The translations under genes were made by a program, and so were the position numbers. DNA of 64,000 bases, taken from the NCBI GenBank assembly GCA_964016885.1, contig OZ024743.1:284766001-284830000 (forward strand). Reading direction: 5' to 3'. Positions 39,351 through 52,663 of this stretch are shown piece after piece. The notes under the pieces are model-generated. The model did not search any database. It was not told the DNA's origin and saw only the letters and a list, made by a program, of their open reading frames with translations. Origin of the DNA: Eledone cirrhosa (Eukaryota). Position 1 is the stretch's first letter; each line of letters opens with the position of its first letter.

Positions 39351-40761
39351 GTATATGTTCTGTTATGTGTTTAAGTTTTGTGTTTGTACACATTACCTTC
39401 TACTGTTTCTCTTCCATGGATGACAGGGAAAATGACTTTTCTGTACTAATAATATAAAGAAAAACATTCTTTCCTTTTGAGATTTCCATACCACAGAAAT
39501 GTACTGGAAGTTAGTTTAGGCAAAAGGGCTTTTATTTAAAAATAAATTAGGTAAAATATTTTTGTGGTACAATGGATTGTTGTCACTAAAATGGTTGTAC
39601 ACTCCATCAAAAATATAGATACACAGTTTTAGTATCATGTAAATAACCTTACTGAACATTGTAAAGTAATCAAATGCTTTTAGCTAATTTGCTCAGTTAG
39701 CGTGTTTTCTTTTTTTAATATTTAATGCTGGGTGCCTTTTCTACCACTCAGTTATTATGTAAGAGAAAAACCTATTGTTTATCACTCAGGAAAGCTGGAA
39801 CAAAACTATACCCCTTAATGGCACAACTAAATGGCTTATGATCATAGAATCAAAAGTCCAACATTTTAACCACATAACTCTTATACTTCACAAAACATTT
39901 CATTTCCATTATGCTTCATGCCTATGATTTTCACTTCTGATTTTGGCACAACACAAAAACAAAGAATTCTGAGATGACTGAATAAGGAATATAGGATAGC
40001 TTTATTTTCATTTTAAATGTGAATTGAGAGAAAAACACTCTACCATTCCTACTTTTATTATACAAAAGTATTATACTAAAGTATTTATATTTAGATTAAA
40101 ACCTTCTATCATAGTTTTATTTAAGAACCTTTTATTATGTTCTAAACACATTATATAATCCTAGCAAAAGCTTGATTATTTTGAAAATAAATTGAAACAC
40201 ATAGGCAGTATATTTCATTATAAATATGATAATGAAAGGATTAATAATGTTTTTATTTTATTATCATTTTTTGTGAGATTAACTAAAAGTAAATATTCAG
40301 AATTACATTGATACCATTTAGATTTTAAAACCCATTTTACCTAAAAACAATGATAGATTTACTAAGCACCAATATTTTTTATTTAAATTCTTCTGATATG
40401 TTTTTATTTCTAATTTAATTTTAAAATTTAGAAAATTAAAAACCATATAATAAGCGCTAAATAAAATTTCACAATGTGCAACCGGTTTTATATGTAAAGA
40501 AAACTCTGTCTAACTGTCTTTAAAAGGAATTGTCTATATAATAAATTTCCATCATTATCATAATCAAAGTGTTCCTTGTACTTTGTATACAATAATGGCT
40601 TCTTGTCAATACTAATCAAGGCACACCTTGAGTGAGTGCTCTCATCAGAATGGAATATATGACCAGTCTAAATATGAGTACAAAAGTAGCTTTTCCATTA
40701 CTTTCTTGGATTTAGCATTGCAAACTAACAAAGTGCTTGTTAGTTATACTTTGATTCTTCT

Positions 40762-41520
40762 TAGAAAAATTAGAAATAAGAGGGATCAGATGTTGTTTAC
40801 TCGAGAGAAGGCTACGTTGGTATGGTCACGTGATGCGCATGAAAGACGACAGCTGTATAGCAAAGTGCAGGGCAATAAAGATAGACGGTAGCCACGGAGT
40901 AGGCAGACCCAGAAAAACCTGGGACGAGCTGATAAATTCCGACCTCACACACTTACACCTCTCCAAGACAATGTCACTGGACCGAGACCTTTGGCGGTAC
41001 TCAGTAATAGAGAAGACCCGCCTTACCTAAATACAAAGTAAAACCTACTACAGTCAGTAGGCATCTCTAACAAAATACCCCCCCCCCCCCCACCCCATCC
41101 ACACCGCCCCTTTCAATGTAAAGTTATGTTGGTGCCACAAAATCGAGGCCGAAACAAATGAGATTGTGTAGGTGTCACGACAAAAAAACACACACAGTCC
41201 ACGCTGTAATGTGGCCGTGTAGGCAACACGGTAAAAACCTCCCAGTCCCACACTGTAAATGTGGTTGGTGTTAGGAAGGGCATCCAGCTGTAGAAAACCC
41301 GCCAGACAGTCCACGCTGTAATGTGGCCGTGTAGGCAACACGGTAAAAACCTCCCAGCCCCACACTGTAAATGTGGTTGGTGTTAGGAAGGGCATCCAAC
41401 TTTAGAAAACCCGCCAGACAGTCCTATGCGAGCAAGACAACCACTCTTGCCTCAAGTGGGAAAACTCCCGTCCAAACCCATGCAAGCGTGGAACACGGAC
41501 GTTAAACGATGATGATGATG
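40762..41520 (+). mobile_element. RTE family B 3' end with 112-bp tandem duplication in the 3' UTR
   Basis: Matches ~19303-19965. 41194-41305 is repeated at 41306-41417 with ACAGTCC microhomology. Confidence 0.94.
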
Positions 41521-42699
41521 GTGTATCTGCCCATGGTAACTATTTACAGCAAGGATAGATGAGCTAAATCAGTGTAAGTCAATTCTTAAAACTTGGCACA
41601 GCTTCGTTAACTGATCTAGCTGTAACTCTAGACAACATAAAATAAATAAATTATTAATTAAGGAAATATAATGATACAGACGATGTCTTGGATGAAAATA
41701 CATCACTGTATAAGTGTGAACACAACTTTCATCCTATCCCATTCACCATTAATGACATTAGATATAAGTCAAGCTTCATCATTGGTATATGTTATGTAAT
41801 GTTACAATTATGCTCATACATCAACTAGAAGTGACTTCAAATATGCTATTTTTCATACAACCTATTCTCTCTGTACAAGCCAAACAATGTTGAATATTCT
41901 GTAATGAGACCCTGCAAAAAAATAGACACAAACCTTCTCATTGCTTAAAGAATATTTTCAGATCAGATTACCAAGCATTTCTTGTGTGTGTCTATTCCTT
42001 AAGGAGTAGAGACTATAGTATAAGCAGTCATCCACAACGACAGCTGGCTGCTGCTTGGCACTTGGCACTGTTCAATCTTTATGCCAACAGAATGTAACAG
42101 TATTGAAGATAGTAAAAATATGAATATCTTTGGCTAAGAATGGTTGCTTGGTGGTAAGCTATTTCAAGCACTATATATAAGAGAATGTTCATTGGTAAAA
42201 AGTAGTGCTTACAGAAAAAATAGTACAACCACCAAAACATTTGATTTCACTATTTGAGACATTTCTCCAGATCATCATCATTTTATGTCTCCTTCCTATG
42301 TTAACATCAGGTGGATGGGATGTCACAGTGCAAGTCAGTTCTTATTGGGAGTTACTACCCTTTTAGTTGGGTAGGAGAACCATGTTTCATTATTACATTC
42401 CAATTTTTGATATGGTTTCTATGGCTGGATGCCTTTCATAACACCAACCAATTTAAAGAGTATTGTGAGTGAATTTTATTGTGACACCAAAACTAGAGAG
42501 ATTGTTTTGTCTTATGTAAGACTAAAGAGTCTTTTCTACTCTACATTCTATGTTCATTCAAGGCAAACATGACTGAGAGTGAATAATGATATAAGGCTTA
42601 AAGGTGAAGGGAAATGGAGTGGAGAAATAGAGCAATGGGAAGAAAAACAGAGACAAACAGCTTTATGTTGGTTATGGTGTGGTAGCTAAATATATACGT

Positions 42700-42990
42700 A
42701 TACACCAGGTCCAAACACAAAGGAACCAAACTCCTATTGTCACTGCTCCATCTCTCCTGCTCTCCCCATCTCTCACTATTATGAGCAAATGGAAGCCCAC
42801 ACGCTGGCCGCCCCATGACCCCAGTGGACAGAATAGAGAAGGCGTTTCCCTGGAGGCTGGTGAGGGAGATGCGCTGGAAGAGCCTTCCAGCTCGTGAGGG
42901 TCACACCTGTGGGTGGCCAACTCTGTGCCGATGGTGGTGAGTAGGGAGGTGGCCCTAAGGCCATTGACACCAGAAGTCTCCACTGTTGGT
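42700..42990 (-). mobile_element. 3' fragment of an RLE-type (CRE-like) non-LTR retrotransposon
   Basis: GC-rich island. The minus strand translates, with one frameshift, to VETSGVNG..ATSLLTTIGTELATHRCDPHE..FQRISLTSLQGNAFSILS, resembling the CRE C-terminal ETxG...QRxSxxxQRGN motif. Confidence 0.65.
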
Positions 42991-44152
42991 TATTAGTAAA
43001 TATATTGAATAGAAAAACAATATAAGCGGCATGATGGAGTGGTGGCAAGGTGATGGGAGAGAATATTTATAAAAATTGATTAGGGCACCAGCAGAAAATA
43101 TTAGATTATGGTGAGTGGGAGGATAATGCAATGAAATTTCTTAAAAGGCACCATGATAGTAAGTGTAGCAGATTAAATTTGCATTTAAACCAAAATATTA
43201 GTTTGGCTGATAGCTAAATATATCATAACATACAAGAAATAGAACTTATATACATGGTATTTTTTGACTGAAGAGAAATGAGATTTTGTGATGTTCATGC
43301 ATTTTTGAAGACTATCAAAGATATATGAGTAGTTCCAACAGAGAATTGAAACTAAGTCATATATACAGTTTCTTCAACTGCCAATTTAAATCTATGTAAT
43401 CATATTTGATCATAGTTAATTTGAAAGTAGTGGATTGATCTTTAGTTCAACACTACTATTGGCACTATGTTGTGTTCTTTGCCAAACTATTTTGCTCTGC
43501 TGGTCCCAGCCTGTATTATTAAAGGTACCATTTACCTACCCTTATATATAAAGACTGTAATAATCATTCTAATTTTGTTGGTTGAGTGACTAATATTTGC
43601 AAAGGTATCCATCTGTAAAATTAATTATTTCAGAATCTTTGAACCTATGTCAGCTTAGAAGATAGTAATATAAAAATGTTTTACAAAACAACAAATACAA
43701 AAAAAAACCCCATAAAGTTTGCCAAACTGTTTTCCGTGAAACACAAACACATTGTGTTCAATGGGAGAGTCTGCCATAAAACTGTAAAGCTATTACTTAC
43801 ACATAGCTATCTTTAGCTTTAGATGTAAGATGTCATGGATAGATGGGTAAGGTTGAGACTATAACTTACTTACACACATATACATAGATATTCATATGTA
43901 TGCACACATACATAGTCACACATACAACTCTCATTTACACATACATACATTCACATGCACATAGGGATTTATTCTAAAGGTAATACTTAGTTATTTCTGA
44001 AGATTGAAGGTGTTCAGTAGAAGGACTGTGTCTATAAAGTATCAGCCTTCTCCTGACTGGTGAAAACTGTCTTCATGTTGCCTCTTTAGCATAGTGCTAT
44101 GTCCAGGAAAGACTAAAGAATATTTGACCTCACTTATCTGACAGAAAAGCAA

Positions 44153-44529
44153 ATAATGGTTTCTGATTTAGGCAAAAGGCCAACAATTTTTGGAGGAGGA
44201 GAAAGTCAATTAAATCGACTCCAGTGCATTACTGGTACTTTATTATATTTACCCAATATGGATGAAAGGCAAAGCTAACCTCGGTGGTATTTGAACTCAG
44301 AACATAGAGGACGTATAAATAATTGTTTCTACTTTTGGCGCAAGGCCAGCAATTACCCAGTGTACTACTGATACTTTATTTTATCGACCCCGTAAGGAAG
44401 AAAGGCAAAGTTAACCTTGGCGGGATTTGAACTCAGAATGGAAAGGGCCGTAACTCTTTGCGTCAAAGCATGGTGTCTGACCCTCTAACGATACTGCCAA
44501 TCCACTGCCTTAGAGGACGTATAAATAAT
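44153..44529 (-). mobile_element. Nested Nin-type SINEs: short-subfamily copy (44324-44510) inserted in a long-subfamily copy
   Basis: 19-bp TSD TAGAGGACGTATAAATAAT at 44305-44323 and 44511-44529. Confidence 0.88.
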
Positions 44530-45249
44530 AAAAGAAGAAATGTCTTAGCTGAAGATCAGTGAGCTCACTTGAAAATTACGGTGCTATGGTTAAAGCATCT
44601 TCAGCAAGAATAAAAATATAATTTTAGGTCGATAATATCATTATCATTTTGTTTTTATATATTTTTTTATTTTAATGGTGATTCAAGAAATTAGATACTC
44701 CTCATTTAGTTCTTGACAAAAATAGATCTATGTCTATGGGCATTGATTTCAAGGTAAAATTTATTTCTTATGCAACTTAACTACTCATCACCAGTGATGT
44801 AGAGAAAGTTCAAGACAAGTACAGAATCAATCAGCAATATTTAAATTACTTCATGACAGGAGTGTGAAATAGTAGTCTGAATGCTTTATTGTAAATAGCT
44901 TGGTAATTTCACTATTCTCAGTTCAAATTCTGCTGGAGTCCAAGATTTATTCAAGATTATGATATAATTAATTCTATGAAATTAAAATGTGTAATGTGTG
45001 GTAATGGAAAATGTTACTCTCATATATAAAATATTTAAAAATTTTGAGACTTATTTTTTTTTATCAGGCAAATGCTTATTTATTTCCTTCTTATTATAAT
45101 TTATTATTTTTGTTAAGGGAGAGATTCAGTATGTTGTGAAAATGTAAATGTTTCACATAGTACCCAACAGTTCTTCAAGACCAGAAATTATCAAACTATT
45201 TTAGGCAACATTCCCAAATTATCTAGAACCTATTCTTGACAGAAAAGTG

Positions 45250-45600
45250 CTTCACGGAAGAAAGAGACAACACATCATGAATGAGGGGGTCTGCAAAAGA
45301 ATCACCTAGCACATAAAAAAGGGCCACTTTAAAGATCTACTGACCATGGAGAAGAGGAGTAAGCTGAGGTGGTATGGGCATATGGACAGATTGGACGGAC
45401 ACTCCAAGACAATTCTCCAAGGAACAGTGCAGAGAAAGAGAAGGTAGGGCAGACAGAGGAAGCAGTGGACAGACAACAGAGCTGAGTGTATGGGAAAGAA
45501 CTTTGTCACAACCCAAGCACTTGCCCATGAGCGCCAGAAATGGAGGCAGCTGGAGTAGCGTTCAACATTGCAGTGTCCCAATGACCTCGAAAAGTGTTAA
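45250..45600 (+). mobile_element. 3' fragment of a distinct RTE (BovB-like) LINE
   Basis: Translates to DLLTMEKRSKLRWYGHM..KTILQGTV..GRQRKQWTDN..ALAHERQKWRQL. Confidence 0.78.
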
Positions 45601-46643
45601 ATGTACCCTGATGATTCTTGACAGCTAAGTGAACCAACATAAAGTAGAATGAAATTTACTGCCCCAAAACAATAAAATGCTTACAGTGGATTTGAACAGA
45701 TGACCCTAGAACTAGAAGTTTAATAACAACAATATTCACCCAGCTATTTCTACAATTGAGATACTACTAGGTTTTTTGCAATTCCATAATACAGATGATT
45801 ACAAACATACCCACAGGTACACATATACATATGCATCCACACACACACACACATGTATACACACACACACACACATACATACTCATTTAACTTTAATGCT
45901 AAGTAAATTGTGAGTAGGTTTTATCTTTAACCCTTTTAAGCCTATGTTTTTCAACATCACTTCTTCATTATCAAACACTTTTTATAGAGAATTGTTGGGA
46001 TGTAAACAGTGGATCTCTTCTCTAGATATTTTTTACCATCTAGTTTTGTTCTCAAAATTCCTCAATTCAAATTTTTTCAAGCATCATCCATACACTTCAT
46101 CTCTTCATGGCCAATAAAATACATGCCAATAATGCACTCTGTGAGTGTTAGTATCCGACTCATCAACTAACTGACTACTACCCTACCCATCCCTATAAAC
46201 AGTTGACCATGTGCTTTGTGAATAGAAATCAATATTTTAATTGATTCATCAACCAGTTGACATTTCTGGGTATAACATTTCATGGCTAGATTTCAATCAA
46301 TACATGGCTACATCTATGTCATGTATAAATATATAATAAGGATTGTTTATGAAATTCATTTTTTTTTCCTTTCTCTTTTTTTTACTGATAATAAAATCTG
46401 AATTCTATCAATTTACATGTTCGGATAAAATACATTATGGTATTTAGTTATCACGTTTTACATTCTAAGTTCAAACCCAACCAAGATGAACTTTGTTTTC
46501 ATCTTTCTGGGATCAATAAAATGAAGTACCTGTCAAATATTCAATTCAGTTTATTTGATTCTTTCTCTCCCCAAATGGATACAGGCTTTGTGCCTGAATA
46601 TAAAAACCATTATTATCATCATCATTGTTATTATTATTATTAT

Positions 46644-47415
46644 TGGAAAGAAATGAAGCTTGCATGCTTTGATGGATGTATAATAGCAATATACGCGAAC
46701 GGCAAAGCATAAATAAACTGAGAGAGAAATTAGACATAAGAGGGATCAGATGCAGTGTGCAGGAGAGGAGATTGCATTGATATGGACATGTGGTGGTGAC
46801 ATGACAAAAAAGCACACAGCCCACACTGTAAAGTGATGACAGCTGTATAAAAAGATTCAGAGCGCTCAAAGTCGATGGCAGTTATGGAGTAGAAAGACCC
46901 AGGAAGACTTGGGATGAGGTGTAAAAGCTGACCTTGCACAATTGCACCTCCCAAAGGTGATGATGGCACAGGACTGAAATATCTGGCTTTATGCAGTAAT
47001 ACAGAGGAACTGCCCTCACATGAGCACAGGCTGAAGCATACATCAAATATGCATCACCTTCACCTCCATCCCCCCTTCCATACACCTCCCATGAGCACAA
47101 GCTAAAGCATACTTCTAGTATGCACCACCTCCACCCCTCTTTCATACACCTCCCACATCCTAACACCCCACCCATATCCTAACACTCTGACCCTCACACA
47201 CCTCCCCAATCCCCAGCCCACATCGTAAAGTGGTCGTGATGGCAACAACAAAAAGCACCCAGCCCACACTGTAAAGTGGTCGCGTAGGTGTCACAACAAA
47301 AAGCATCCAGCCCTCACTGTAAAATGGTCATGTAGGTGTCAGGGCAGAAAGCACCCAGTACACACTTTAAATGTGGTTGGTGTTAGGAAGGGCAACCAGC
47401 TATAGAAACCAATCC
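46644..47415 (+). mobile_element. Degenerate RTE 3' fragment with three to four 3' UTR modules
   Basis: [26 protein letters not shown] homology, with a module array at 47215-47410. Confidence 0.88.
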
Positions 47416-47669
47416 CAACACCTTTTGTTTTCTTTTTTTTTTCATCTCTCTCTCTGATTACTTTCTTTTGCAAATTGTTAATCAATGATACCAGAAATTC
47501 AAACTAGGTTGTGAACTTAGCAAGCTAGGAGCTTACCTCTACGCTGAGATGCTTATTACCCTGTATACTCATCTTCTGGCTAGAGCAAGTTATTTTGCCA
47601 GATCATACCAAGATCTTACCATTCTTAACATTCTTACCATGGAATGATGTCAAAATACGGTACAAATAA

Positions 47670-47812
47670 AATGCTTTATTTTATCAACCTGGTAAGGATG
47701 AAAGGCAAAGCTAACCTCAGTGGGATTCGAACTCAGATAATAAAGGGGCATAACTCTATGCTGCAAAGCATGGTGTCCAATGCTTTACTGATACTGCCAA
47801 TCCATCACCCTA
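47670..47812 (-). mobile_element. Nin-type SINE, partial
   Basis: AAGGATGAAAGGCAAAGCTAACCTC...GAACTCAG...ATACTGCCAATCCA. Confidence 0.78.
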
Positions 47813-48573
47813 CTACTATAAATCATAGTGATTTGAGCAATTGTAATGGCAATAGTGTAATTGTTAACACTGAAAAGTGTACAGGCAATGGTCATGTTGC
47901 TCTTTTATATCTTAAATTGATGTTTATCATATCAAAATATGAACTGAAGTAAAATTTTAACAGTTAATTCATATGACTATAACTTGCAAAGGCATGAAAA
48001 ATTAAAATAAACGGATGTCAGAACTGGGTCATAAATATGATACACCTTAAGCTTACTTCTTACTTTGCTGCACTTACCACCCTAATAGTTACTATAATAA
48101 TATAGTCATATCAACTCTTGTTAATTAATGTTCAGTAAAGTTGAAATAAGATATTATTCTCGATTTCATGCCTTCACTTCTAACATTTTAACTACTATTT
48201 TTAGATAATAAAAAAGATGCATATTTTTATCTATATTTTACTTTTTGTTTTCGTATTTTAAATGATTTTCTTGTTTCAATTTCTTGACTGTAATGCAGTA
48301 GAGAATCAATACTTAAATTATATATTTAGGTGTGCGGTTATTCAGAATGGTTGATAGCAAACATACTTGATGCTATTAAGGAGAGGACAAGCCAAACTAA
48401 TCTCATTGATTTTATGCACCAGAATCATTAGACACCAAGACACAGTCACTGCATGAATTATAGTCACAATTAAAACTCTCAAAGTTGTGACAATTGCTTG
48501 GCCTGACAATATTTGATTACATATATATACATTCTGCTTAGTACAACACCAATATACCTACTGGAAACTACAC

Positions 48574-48690
48574 ATTGCGTGCTCATTTTGGTGAACCTAC
48601 AGTAACTTGACATTACAATCCCTAAACTATATATATATCTAGGGAGTGTAACTTGTAGTTACTGCAGGTTCACCCGGGTGAGCACTCAAT
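48574..48690. repeat. Imperfect palindrome centred on a short (TA)n
   Basis: ATTGCGTGCTCA..GGTGAACCT.CAGTAACT..TCCCTA pairs with TAGGGA..AGTTACTG.AGGTTCACC..TGAGCACTCAAT. Confidence 0.8.
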
Positions 48691-48736
48691 ATTTAGGTTC
48701 ACTTCTGTGTTGAGGTGTAGAGCTATACAGAGTGTA

Positions 48737-48980
48737 ATATATTGAAAGGATAACAAGGACAATTGGTTACTCCTTCATTACATTTATTGGTAGGTAACGC
48801 GTGTTTCGCCACTGATCAGCTCAAGGTTCGATCTGTATCGATCCTACCCAACTCAATAATCGGCAGCTCGACGGACCCTTTAAAATGGTATAATATACCA
48901 TTTTAGTGGCGAAACGCGCGTCACCTACCAATAAATGTAATGAAGGAGTAACCAATCGTCCTTGTTATCCTTTCAATATA
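48737..48980. mobile_element. Fold-back element with ~76-bp arms each carrying the 3' half of a hammerhead
   Basis: 48737-48812 is the reverse complement of 48905-48980 with about 3 mismatches. The arm reads AGTGGC-GAAAC-GCGC-GTC-ACCTACC-AATAAA. Confidence 0.75.
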
Positions 48981-50208
48981 TATATAATATATATATAGTA
49001 ATCATCATCACCGTTTAATATCCATTTTTCCATGCTTGCAATATTTATATATATATCAGGCTCCTTATATTTAAGTCGCTTGAGATTTTATATATTGATC
49101 CATTAGTGATATGTATAAGATGTTCTATATATATATATATATATATATATACAGAGAGAGAGATAGAGATAGATAGATATGTGTGAGTGTGTGTGTAGAT
49201 ATGGAAAGTAGATCTAATCTATTGTTTGAAATAATTAATTAGTTTTATTGACACCATTCAGTGGAACATATATTGCATCAGTTAACTCATCACATGCTGA
49301 CATTTTCCTCATCTTTATCCCCTCACATTTTTGTACTCCACATTTATTCTTTTTTGTATTTTTGTTCTTTTTTATTTTACTTTTATATTTTTCTTTCCCT
49401 TTTCATTTGATTGCCTTTATTCATGTTTTATAAGTATATATGTATGAAAATATTTTTCCAGGCAAATATAAAATTATTGTGTACAGTGCTCAGATGCACT
49501 ACAACTCATCAAAGTACATAGAATTATCGACAAATGTCAGGAAAGTGAACAGTGTATGAGTCATGATATACACACAGATACATGTGTGCATGTGTATGGA
49601 GGTGAATTGTAGTGTTGGTGAATTCCGGGAAGCATGGAGGTTTTGAAGGATGGAGTATATTTATGAAGGATGGAGTATATTTATATGTATCTATATATAT
49701 GAGTGTATGCATATTTTCAAATTATAAATATATATAAATTATTTGTATATTTCGATGAATTTAGGCATACGTATGATTTAAAAAACAACAACAAGATCAA
49801 GCTTTTAAAAAGTAACATTATCAATGACCTATACCTTGACAGAATAAGCTCATGGTAAATACTTCCTCCCATCACTCTCCATTTTCTTTACTTCTACCTA
49901 TACTACAACTTTTCTTCTATTCCCTCTCTTTATGTTTATGTTTACTACTTCCATCCAATACCTCTTCCCTTTACCAAATTTTTACTATATATGAAAAATG
50001 TTTAACTTACTAAATACTTTTTTGAGAAGTCAGTATTGGCATAACTTCAAAGTAAGCAGTTACTATTAGTAATAAATATTATTTTGTCCCTACAAATAGT
50101 ATTGAATTCTTTGTTCACTGCATGCTTTATGTACTTAAGTATACAAACCTATAAAACAAGCATTTATTGAAGTTCCTCTGAGGCAAACATTATTTACAAT
50201 ATTGACTG

Positions 50209-50394
50209 GGGGCGGTGGATTGGCAGTATCGGTAGAGGGTCGGACGCCATGCTTTCCAGCATAGTTACGTCCCTTTACGATCTGAGTTCAAATCCCGCCG
50301 AGGTTGACTTTGCCTTTCATCCTTACGGGGTCGATAAAATAAAGTACCAGTAATGCACTGGGTAATTGCTGGCCTTGTGCCTAAAGTAGAAACA
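50209..50394 (+). mobile_element. Full-length young Nin-type SINE (short subfamily)
   Basis: A and B boxes (TGGCAGTATCGG, GAGTTCAAATCC) and a 20-bp TSD ATTATTTACAATATTGACTG at 50189-50208 and 50395-50414. Confidence 0.93.
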
Positions 50395-50539
50395 ATTATT
50401 TACAATATTGACTGAAACCACAATCAATCACAATTTCTTCAAAAACATTCTTATTTCTACCTAGAAAACCTACACTGAAATCTTACTCCAGAATATGGAA
50501 AGTTCTATGAAATTTATATGATATAAACCATCAGGATAT

Positions 50540-51110
50540 TGAAACAAAGAAAAAATGAAGTCAAAAATGATATGTTAATACCAGATAAAACTTATATGAA
50601 AGAAATAAACATGCATACCACAAACTCGTTTCAAAGTAAATATCTCTTTCCAATTGCTAATACTATCTATCGGTCGCAACTCCAGGTAGAAGGAGCAATA
50701 TGAAATAAAGCGTCTTGCTCAAGGACATAACGCATCGGCTGGTCCAGGAATCAAACTCACAACCTCACGATTGCGAATCCAATTCTCTAACCACTCAGCC
50801 ACACGCCTTCACACTAAAATAAATATCTAACAATTATAAAATGAGTCATATCATACTTCCTTAAACAATATCAATATGGTAACTTGTGTCTTAGCTATTG
50901 GATTAGAAATATATAATAGAATAGACTCTAATATGGCTAATGAACCTTATTTTACCTTAAAAGATCATAAAAATAAACTTCCCTCAACATCCTCCTTTTA
51001 CATTGATCAACACAAAATTTGGCACAAGGATAATCAGCAAAAAGACATTAAATATTATATTACCTAATATTAAAGGTAAGTAAAAGATGCCACTATGGAA
51101 TAGCATTAAA
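50540..51110 (+). mobile_element. Highly degenerate Penelope-like RT remnant interrupted by a SINE
   Basis: LEIYNRID...PYFTLKDHK resembles LGIDDRTE...TFNLKDHK of the element at 465. Confidence 0.55.
50664..50812 (-). mobile_element. tRNA-derived SINE with the same central domain as 7915 but a different tail
   Basis: Minus strand GGCGTGTGGCTGAGTGGTTAGAG...GTTTGATTCC...TCCTTGAGCAAGACGCTTTATTTCATATTGCTCC, then CTGGAGTTGCGACC(GATA)n. Confidence 0.82.
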
Positions 51111-52461
51111 GCCATTGGTGACTAGGTGTGTATCATTTTTTATTTTACCCAATGATGGCTAGTAGAAAGATTAAATGTATGGCTTGCACTGTAGTTTGAA
51201 ATCATGACCTTGCATATAGTTGCCTAACATTGTAACCAGCCAGACTTGGAACCCCACACTATAAGAGATAAAATAAGAATGTTAATGTGTTAATAAGTTA
51301 TTATGATAACAGTATATAAAAAGCAATGGAAAGGCTAGCTTACTGAGTTGATGCAAAGAATAGAGATAAATTCTGTCTATGTTAGCAATGCAACCAATAG
51401 GTGCACAGGATATTGTAGCCTAAATTGGCAGCCTTACAACAGCCATGTAGTTGTACTTTCATATCTGATCTCATAAATAGTGTAATGTTGAATGTTTAAA
51501 ACAGCAATTCATGAAAGCCATAAATTTGATTTAAAACAGAAGACAAAACAATAGTTTTCCTATGTTAAACTGGAAACTATCTACACAGCCAAAGGTAAAT
51601 ATAAAAAAGACTGGCTAATATTTGGAGATCCACTCAACTCCTTATTAGTCACTCCTCTGTTTCTAAACATGTCAGTTAATGTTTTCTTAATATTGCTACT
51701 CTATGTATCAGTCTTTATTAAAAGCAAATGATTGAATACCTGTTTTGAGTTTACAGTGAGCTTTATGTGTTCAATAGGCTTGCTAGAAATAGCAACAAAA
51801 TCTCTCTCACACTACACTCTACTATCTTAAAAAAGAGGAGGACACATAGTATAATATAATTCTAACATACAATGCCTTAAAAAGAAAATATGGTTTTCAT
51901 CATATGCCTGCTTAATCAGAGCTGGCTTGGATCTAAATAAGAACTATTTGGCTTTTCTATGTTTTATCTATTTATTGCATTGATGGACATTCATATTAAA
52001 ACTTTTAAAAAGTCTTCTGTTTTTTTCAAGCTTAAAGGCTAATAAGGTGAAAACTTATCCTGGTATCATATGGTGTTAAGTGATTGAGAACACAAGACAT
52101 AAGGCATACCAGCTGCTGCTGATACTCATTGTTTCATGTGGGTGGACTAGCAATGTGATATGAAGTGTCTTTTTCAAAGACAAAACATCTCACTTGGCCC
52201 AGGGATTGAACCAATAAACTTATTATCATGAAACCAATATGCTAGGCTGCATGCCTTCTCTACATACTAAAATAGCAGGCAAATATTTGTTTTCGCTTTC
52301 TTTAGATTAACAGTATTGTTAGCATATCAGACAAAATGCCTGCAAAATGGCTCCTTATTTTCTGAGTTCAAATCACATTGAGATCAACTTTGACTTTTAT
52401 CCTTCTGGATCGACCAGCTTAATATTACTATAAAGTATCTTTGATGTGAATGGAATTCTAA

Positions 52462-52663
52462 TCTATATTATAAAAGAGACCTGTAGCTCCATCTGTCTGT
52501 CCATCACACATATATGGTAGAGTGAAAAGGGGAGGCAACCACTTTTTTAAGTTGATAACCTGTCATACTTATAGTTTATTGCAAGGGTTAGAGGCAATAA
52601 GGTAGACATTTGTAGAATAGGGTGGTGGCGAGGAGCCAGTGGGAAGGGAGAACCTAGTTCTAG
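52462..52663 (+). mobile_element. Possible non-autonomous Helitron
   Basis: A|TCTATATTATAAAA start with nearby (TCTG)n, a small TGGC-GAGGA-GCCA hairpin and a CTAG|T end. Confidence 0.4.
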
